From Macrostomum lignano (Eukaryota), in assembly GCA_002269645.1 (NCBI GenBank), contig NIVC01004892.1:1-32125 (forward strand): a stretch of DNA of 32,125 nt, written 5' to 3'. Below the pieces are notes generated by a model. It saw nothing but the letters and a program-made list of their open reading frames with translations, made no database searches and was not told the DNA's origin. Made by a program: the position numbers and the translations under genes. Below, one piece after another: positions 25,293 through 32,125 of this stretch (the stretch's first letter is position 1; each line of letters starts with the position of its first letter).

Positions 25293-25960
25293 GTGAGACA
25301 GGGTGATGAGGGAGATATTGTGCAGGGTGAGACTGGGAGATGAGGGAGATATCGTGCAGGGTGAGACTGGGAGATGAGGGAGATATTGTGCGGGAGTGAG
25401 ACTGGGAGATGAGGGAGATATTGTGCAGGGGTGAGACTGGGAGATGAGGGAGATATTGTGCGGGAGTGAGACTGGGAGATGAGGGAGATATTGTGCGGGA
25501 GTGAGACTGGGAGATGAGGGAGATGTTGTGCGGAAGTGAGACTGGGAGATGAGGGAGATGTTGTGCAGGGGTGAGACTGGGAGATAAGGAAGATATTGTG
25601 CGGTAGTGAGACTGGGAGATGAGGGAGATATTGTGCGGGAGTGAGACTGGGAGATGAGGGAGATATTGTGTGGGAGTGAGACTGGGAGATGAGGGAGCTA
25701 TTGTATGGGAGTGAGACTGGGAAATGAGGGAGATATCGTGCAGGGTGAGACTGGGAGATGAGGGAGATATTGTGCGGGAGTGAGACTGGGAGATGAGGGA
25801 GATATTGTGCGGGAGTGAGACTGGGAGATGAGGGAGATATCGTGCAGGGTGAGACTGGGAGATGAGGGAGATATCGTGCAGGGTGAGACTGGGAGATGAG
25901 GGAGATATTGTGCGAGAGTGAGACTGGAGATAGAGATTTTGTGCAGGGATGAGACTGAGA
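25293..25960 (+). repeat. 34/35-bp minisatellite GTGAGACTGGGAGATGAGGGAGATATTGTGC(AGG/GGGA), starting exactly at the exon-2 donor
   Basis: 19 GTGAGA unit starts from 25293 to 25918. Confidence 0.96.
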
Positions 25961-26465
25961 GATGAGGTGAATGGACTGAGAAAGATTTTAGATATTTTCT
26001 TTGTTATCGGACCACACAGCTTCATAACTGTTAATAAAGAAGACAATGGCATATCAGTGAAAGAAACTGCAATTAGAAAAAATGTAAAAAAGCCAGACCT
26101 CTCTATTGTAAAACAGAAACTTTCTTAAGCATGTCACGTGGCATCTTTCTTGCTACTCAACTTGCTCAGCACTGATAGTGTGCGGCTATGATGCCAGAAT
26201 GACAGGTAAAACTGGGTCAGTTAGCGTGCCAGCAAGGGGTCACAGGCAGACATGCATACCACACGTGTTCAGGTATTGTTCAAAATCCGCTTTAGATCTG
26301 GACAATTTTTTTGCTGACCTCTGCCTTGGCTCACCAGCCTATTGTATGTGAAATCGTTACAGGCAAATGCTACTTTACATTTTTTAATATAAGCTTTAGG
26401 AGTATAATGATCCAGCCTTAGGTCTGAGTTTGGGCCAGACCCTCAGGCTGGCCCGCTAAACTCTC

Positions 26466-27100
26466 AGATCGTCAGGCTTGCGGCCGCCACCCTCCCAGCA
26501 CCTTAGGATTTGGGCCGCCACCCTCCCAGATCCTCAGGCTTGAGGCCGCCGCCCTCCCAGATCCTCAGGCTTGGGGCCGCCGCCCTCCCAGATCCTCAGG
26601 CTTGGGGCCTCCACTCTCCCAGATCCTTAGGCTTGGGGCCGCCACCCTCCCAGATCCTCAGGCTTGGGGCCGCCACCCTCCCAGATCCTTAGGCTTGGGG
26701 CCGCCACCCTCCCAGATCCTTAGGATTTGGGCCGCCACCCTCCCAGATCCTCAGGCTTGGGGCCGCCACCCTCCCAGATCCTTAGGATTTGGGCCGCCAC
26801 CCTCCCAGATCCTTAGGCTTGGGGCCGCCAACCTCCCAAATCCTCAGGCTTGGGGCCTCCACTCTCCCAGATCCTCAGCTGCTGGGCCACCGCCACCCTC
26901 AAAGATCCTCAGTTGCTGGGCCACCGCCACCCTCAAAGATCCTCAGCTGCTGGGCCACCGTCAGCCTCCCAGATCCTCAGTTGCTGGGCCACCGTCAGCC
27001 TCCCAGATCCTCAGTTGCTGGGCCACCGTCAGCCTCCCAGATCCTCAGTTGCTGGGCCACCGTCAGCCTCCCAGATCCTCAGTTGCTGGGCCACCGCCAG
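26466..27100. repeat. Compound minisatellite: 31-bp GGCTTGGGGCCGCCACCCTCCCAGATCCT(C/T)A changing to 34-bp GTTGCTGGGCCACCGTCAGCCTCCCAGATCCTCA
   Basis: 31-bp spacing (26641 to 26672) and 34-bp spacing (26951 to 26985); shared CTCCCAGATCCTCAG core. Confidence 0.94.
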
Positions 27101-28699
27101 GCTCTGATATCTTTACTGTCCTTAATAAACATTTTAAATTCCAACTTAAATGCTCAATTGCCGAGCATACGGTATTTAAAAAGCCTCTGATTGACAGATG
27201 AAATCATGAGATATGAGCGTAAAATTTTTGCAGAAACTGCCAGGTGGGTTTAGAGAAGAGATAAGAGTCGCTGGAAACTTCTTGGATCAACATCTCAGTT
27301 CCGTGTCGATAGCTGTATGCGCCGAGAACTGAGATGGAAAGGTAGAGAACCTACTCAGATGCTGAGACCTCCATCCAAATAGTTATCAGTGTTTGTCCAG
27401 CCCGAGGTCGCTGCCGTCAGTCAGCGGGTTTCTAAGAACGCAACGGTGAATCAAACAAAGTTGATTTTTCTGAGTGAGTGCTACACGGGAATTCAATTAG
27501 AAGCCTTCTGCTGCGAGAGGCGGGGGGTGCGCGAGCAACTCATGAGCCTTGGCGATACCTTAATTTGAGCTAATCAGCTGGAATACTCTGAGGTGCGGGT
27601 TAAAATAGCCGTGGTTAGAGAGGTCACTGGGTATTAAGAATTTATTAACCGTGCTATACGGGCAGGCATCCTTCTAGTAACCCATGAGGGCATTGAGCTT
27701 TTTTGCTGGTCTGATAGCGCGATGCTTGTCTGGATTGTATGTTTCTGCTGTCTTTTTCATATTTCTTATCTCTCATTTCTATTCTTTAATCTCTCTTCCC
27801 TCATCTCTCTTCTCTCCTCTCTTCTCTCTTCAATCGTCTCTTTTCTCATGTATATTCTCTCTTTTCTGTTCTGTCATCTCTTTTCTCTCATCTCTTACGA
27901 TCTATCTCTCTCCTTTTCGCTCTCCTCTCTCTAATCCCCTCACCCTCTGCCATATCTTATCCATTCCCTGGCTCTCGACACTAAATTTTCAATATTCACC
28001 CATTTGCCTGACTTTCACTGGAAACCGTGAACCAGGGGGCTACAGGGATAGTTTAGCGAGTTTGCTGGGAATCCCAATTCAACCCCAGAGGTTGCCTCAG
28101 GACACACTGTGCAAACCGGGGAAGGCGGAGAGACAGTCTCCCTTGGAAAGAGGAACTGCTCTCTAAGAATCCTGCCAGTCAAGGGATAATCTCAATTAGT
28201 CCCGCCTCTCTGACTCGCCCAGCCTCTGCAGCCGCCCCATCTATCTGAGCAATTGCTAGTTCAGCAGCTCGGAAGAAAGACACTTCACTCAACTACCAAC
28301 GCCCTGCCTGCTGCAGCAGTCTTTAAGTCGCCACAGACTCCCTAGCAGCTCAACTGTGGCTAGCTGCAAGTCTATATATTTTTCCCATTCTGTCCCAACC
28401 ACCCGCAGCCCATTCACGCATCCGCGAGATCCATCAAGTTGAGGCCTGGGGTCCCCGGCCCTCCTTATCAGCCCACACTTGATGATTTCTTATCTTAGCG
28501 ACCGGGTCCGCACTTGACGGCTGCGGGAACTGACACTGATTTGATTTGCTGAGGTCAGCGGGTCAGCGCTCCCCCCCCCCGCCTACCCCGGTTTTTCTGC
28601 TTTATAGCTGACGGTTACTAATCCTGGCTGTCGTTTTGAAAGCACTTTTGTCGTTATGAAAAGACATACTAATTGCGTTACATGTAGGAGCTGAATGGA

Positions 28700-28863
28700 T
28701 TGCTAATCTAGTCAAAATGGATTACTAATCTAGTCAAAATGGATTACTAATCTAGTCAAAATGGATTGCTAATCTAGTCAACACCGTGGATAAAAGCTTA
28801 GAATGGATTGCTAGTCTAGTCAACATCGTGGATAAAAGCTTTGAATGTATTGCTAGTCTAGCA
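28700..28863. repeat. Short 22-bp repeat ATGGATT(G/A)CTAATCTAGTCAAA and longer derivatives, ending just before the exon-3 acceptor
   Basis: Read directly. Confidence 0.8.
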
Positions 28864-28880
28864 ACCCCTCACGCCTCCAG

Positions 28881-29591
28881 TGGTACAAGTCGAACTCCGG
28901 CCTGGCGAACGGCATGGTCTACTCCGTGTGCCAAGTTGAGTCAGACGAGGCCCTCGAGTTCTGGCTGCGCAGCCCCTTCATCGACTGCCGCGACGCTCGG
29001 TCGGTCAGCGTGGAGCTGCGCTTCACCACCCGCACCTGCGCCAAGCACCCGCGCCCCGATGGCCTGAAGCGCTGCAAGGAGACGCTGGACCTGATGGTGC
29101 TGCATAGCAGCGGCTCCTCGGCCGACGCCGCCCTGGCCGCCAACCTCAGCGACACCTTCTTCACCAAGGCCTACACCGTGGCGCCCGACGTGAAATGGGA
29201 TCGCAATCCTGCCCAGAACCAGATGCGCTCCATCATCAACACCAAGGTGTTCACCTTCGAGGTGCAACGGAAAGGGATGTACATAGCGCTGCGCGACACC
29301 GGGTCCTGCGTGTCGCTGCTGCAGGTGCGGGTGTACTTCATGGCCTGCCCGCAGACCGTGGCGAACCTCACCGTGTTCGACCGGACCCGGCGCCGCACCA
29401 TTCAGCCGACGATCTGCGCTCCGTCGACCTGCGGACTGTGCGCGGCCGATGCGTCGACGGTGGCGAGTTGCGCGGAGGCCCGGCGCCGTCCAGGATCTGC
29501 CGGTTCAACGGCCAGTGGTTCGATGTGTACAACAGCGGACACTGCGTCTGCAGGGCCGGTCGATTCGGGCAGGCCGGAGCCTCCTGCGATC
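28881..29591 (+). CDS. Eph: Eph receptor exon 3: ephrin ligand-binding domain and sushi/Cys-rich start, with a 1-nt frameshift near 29386-29388
   Basis: Acceptor CCTCCAG|TGG and donor C|GTGAGT at 29592. Motifs YSVCQV, FWLRSPFI, VELRFTTRTC, CKETLDL, INTKV, GMYIALRDTGSCVSLLQVRVYFMACPQTVANLTVF correspond to Eph YQVCNV/WLRT/VELKFTVRDC/CKETFNL/LNTE/GFYLAFQDxGAC...CP...NLAxF. VRGRCV...SRICRFNGQW...CVCRAG...C (sushi) lies in a different frame (ORF 29195..29635). Confidence 0.93.
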
Positions 29592-29607
29592 GTGAGTGGC
29601 TTTTGTG

Positions 29608-30130
29608 CGGTGTTTATTTGGTTTACTGGGGTTAATTGTGGTTTATTGGGGTTTGTTGGGGTTTATTGGCTTATTGTGGTTTACTTGGGTTTGTTGGGGT
29701 TTGTTGGGGTTTATTGGGGTTTACTGGGGTTTATTGTAGTTTATTGTGGTTTATTGGGGTTTATTGTGGTTTACTGGGGTTTATTGTGGTTTATTGAGGT
29801 TATTGGGGTTTATTGGGGTTAATTGTGGTTTATTGTGGTTTATTTGGGTTTACGCTCGTATTGGGGTTTATTGGCTTATTGTGGTTTACTTGGGTTTGTT
29901 GGGGTTTATTGGGATTTACTGGGGTTTATTGTGGTTTATTGGTGTTTATTGTGGTTCATTTGAGTTTATTGGGGTTTATTGGTGTTTATTGTGGTTCATT
30001 TGGGTTTATTGGGGGTTTATTGGTGTTTATTGTGGTTCATTTGTGTTTATTGGGGTTTATTGTGGTTCATTTGGGTTTATTGGGGTTTATTGGTGTTTAT
30101 TGTGGTTTATTGGGCTTTGGGGGTTTCTTG
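29608..30130. repeat. 10-bp GT-rich repeat GGTTTATTG(G/T)
   Basis: Read directly; begins within 20 nt of the exon-3 donor. Confidence 0.93.
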
Positions 30131-30740
30131 TAGTGTAATTGGGTTATTGAAGTTTATCTGGGTCTGTTGGGCTCTTCAAAATGGTTTAAAATGAGTTTAA
30201 AATGGTTTATATATTTTTGATCTGGTTTGTAGTGGGGTTTTATGTAATTTATAACGGGTTTCATGTGATATATAGGCTAGGGGCTCTCCGATACACTCTA
30301 CTAGAATTTCTGGTTGTCACATCTTTTAGTAGCCATGATTTTCGTTTCCTTGACTCGACCCGATAGAGAGAGATAGAGAGAGAGAGAGACAGGTCGGAAG
30401 GGGGGATTAAAGATATGCAAATTTTATGCAAGACTGGTTTGAGTCCACCGGGCTCCACTGAGCTGAATGACGTCTTCTGCTAGAAGAAAGTGAAATCGAG
30501 AAATGAAGACAGGGACAGACGGACACACGGGCTGCGCATGCGGACTGATTCCACTTGTCAGCAGCTCCATCTGGGCTTTGAGCAGAGTGGCCCCTGCTCA
30601 GGATTCCGTGCTGAGAATTCGATTACAGTTTTTGTCTGCTCATATTAATCAATAAAGTCAGTCATGCCAATCTGAGTTCAGGATGGGCTTAGGTTGGTTT
30701 TTTAAATTTGGACTCATATTTTGTTTATGCTCAAGGTGCT

Positions 30741-32125
30741 CAACTTACGTGAGTCGTGTCGCATCAATCAACTTGTGTGAGTCAGGTGTGATCAACAATC
30801 AACTTGTGTGAGTCAGGTGTGATCAACAATCAACTTGTGTGAGTCAGGTGTGATCATCAAGCAACTTGTGTGAGTCACGTGTGATCATCAATCAACTTGT
30901 GTGAGTCAGGTGTGATCATCAATCAACTTGTGTGAGTCAGGTGTGATCATCAATCAACTTGTGTGAGTCAGGTGTGATCATCAATCAACTTGTGTGAGTC
31001 ACGTGTGATCATCAATCAACTTGTGTGAGTCAGGTGTGATCAACAATCAACTTGTGTGAGTCAGGTGTGATCATCAATCAACTTGTGTGAGTCACGTGTG
31101 ATCATCAATCAACTTGTGTGAGTCAGGTGTGATCATCAATCAACTTGTGTGAGTCAGGTGTGATCATCAATCAACTTGTGTGAGTCAGGTGTGATCAACA
31201 ATCAACTTGTGTGAGTCAGGTGTGATCATCAAGCAACTTGTGTGAGTCAGGTGTGATCAACAATCAACTTGTGTGAGTCAGGTGTGATCATCAATCAACT
31301 TGTGTGAGTCTGGTGTGATCATCAAGCAACTTGTGTGAGTCAGGTGTGATCAACAATCAACTTGTGTGAGTCAGGTGTGATCATCAAGCAACTTGTGTGA
31401 GTCAGGTGTGATCAACAATCAACTTGTGTGAGTCAGGTGTGATCATCAATCAACTTGTGTGAGTCAGGTGTGATCAACAATCAACTTGTGTGAGTCAGGT
31501 GTGATCATCAAGCAACTTGTGTGAGTCAGGTGTGATCAACAATCAACTTGTGTGAGTCAGGTGTGATCAACAATCAACTTGTGTGAGTCAGGTGTGATCA
31601 ACAATCAACTTGTGTGAGTCAGGTGTGATCATCAATCAACTTGTGTGAGTCAGGTGTGATCATCAATCAACTTGTGTGAGTCAGGTGTGATCAACAATCA
31701 ACTTGTGAGTCAGGTGTGATCATCAATTAACTTGTGAGTCAGGTGTGATCAACAATCAACTTGTGAGTCAGGTGTGATCAACAATCAACTTGTGAGTCAG
31801 GTGTGATCAACAATCAACTTGTGAGTCAGGTGTGATCATCAATAACTTGTGAGTCAGGTGTGATCAACAATCAACTTGTGAGTCAGGTGTGATCAACAAT
31901 CAACTTGTGAGTCAGGTGTGATCATCAATCAACTTGTGAGTCAGGTGTGATCAACAATCAACTTGTGAGTCAGGTGTGATCATCAATCAACTTGTGTGAG
32001 TCAGGTGTGATCATCAATCAACTTGTGTGAGTCAGGTGTGATCATCAATCAACTTGTGAGTCAGGTGTGATCAACAATCAACTTGTGAGTCAGGTGTGAT
32101 CATCAATTAACTTGTGAGTCAGGTA
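30741..32125. repeat. 31/29-bp minisatellite AACTTGT(GT)GAGTCAGGTGTGATCA(T/A)CAATC, about 45 units, truncated by the window end
   Basis: 31-bp spacing (30781 to 30812); mostly 29-bp after about 31680 (31681 to 31710). Confidence 0.97.

Larger units (their letters stand above)
25293..28880 (+). other. Eph intron 2 (3588 nt, GT-AG, phase 0)
   Basis: GTGAGA at 25293 and CCTCCAG ending at 28880; the junction reads RKDG|WYKS in frame. Confidence 0.85.
29592..32125 (+). other. Eph intron 3 (partial, continues past the window)
   Basis: GTGAGT donor immediately after the last sushi Cys (TGC GAT C|GT); low-complexity sequence follows. Confidence 0.85.

Noticed and set aside
25327-28940. Use of the +34 donor compensating for the exon-3 deletion
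   Set aside because: That frame reaches TGA (CCA AGT TGA) about 55 nt into exon 3.
29380-29420. Programmed -1 ribosomal frameshift rescuing exon 3
   Set aside because: No X XXY YYZ slippery heptamer at the site.
6390-32125. CRISPR-like appearance of the 29-35-bp repeats
   Set aside because: Units are head-to-tail with no unique spacers; eukaryotic intron context and no cas genes.

Overview
This is eukaryotic (animal) genomic DNA, not prokaryotic. It holds the 5' part of one + strand gene, an Eph receptor tyrosine kinase, in three coding exons: 6212-6332 (signal peptide), 25222-25292 and 28881-29591 (ephrin ligand-binding domain plus the start of the Cys-rich/sushi region). The introns are GT-AG, in phases 1/0/1, matching my recollection of vertebrate Eph gene structure. 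Intron 1 is about 18.9 kb, intron 2 about 3.6 kb, and intron 3 runs off the window. Exon 3 is one base short (CCC at 29386-29388), which frameshifts the sushi region; this is either a homopolymer assembly error or a real lesion. By hand tally about 35-40% of the window is tandem repeat, from roughly 20 unrelated micro- and minisatellite families, and these explain almost all long ORFs in the track. GC3-rich exons within repeat-saturated introns resemble the flatworm Macrostomum, but that is inference only. The most notable observations are a minisatellite made from the exon-2 splice donor itself, a possible truncated membrane-anchored Eph decoy, an array of about 45 AP-1/E-box units in intron 3, a 48-bp-arm foldback element, and a minisatellite bracketed by diverged direct repeats with a second copy 6 kb away. 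I found no CRISPR array, rRNA, intact tRNA or transposase, and nothing I can call a demonstrated new system.
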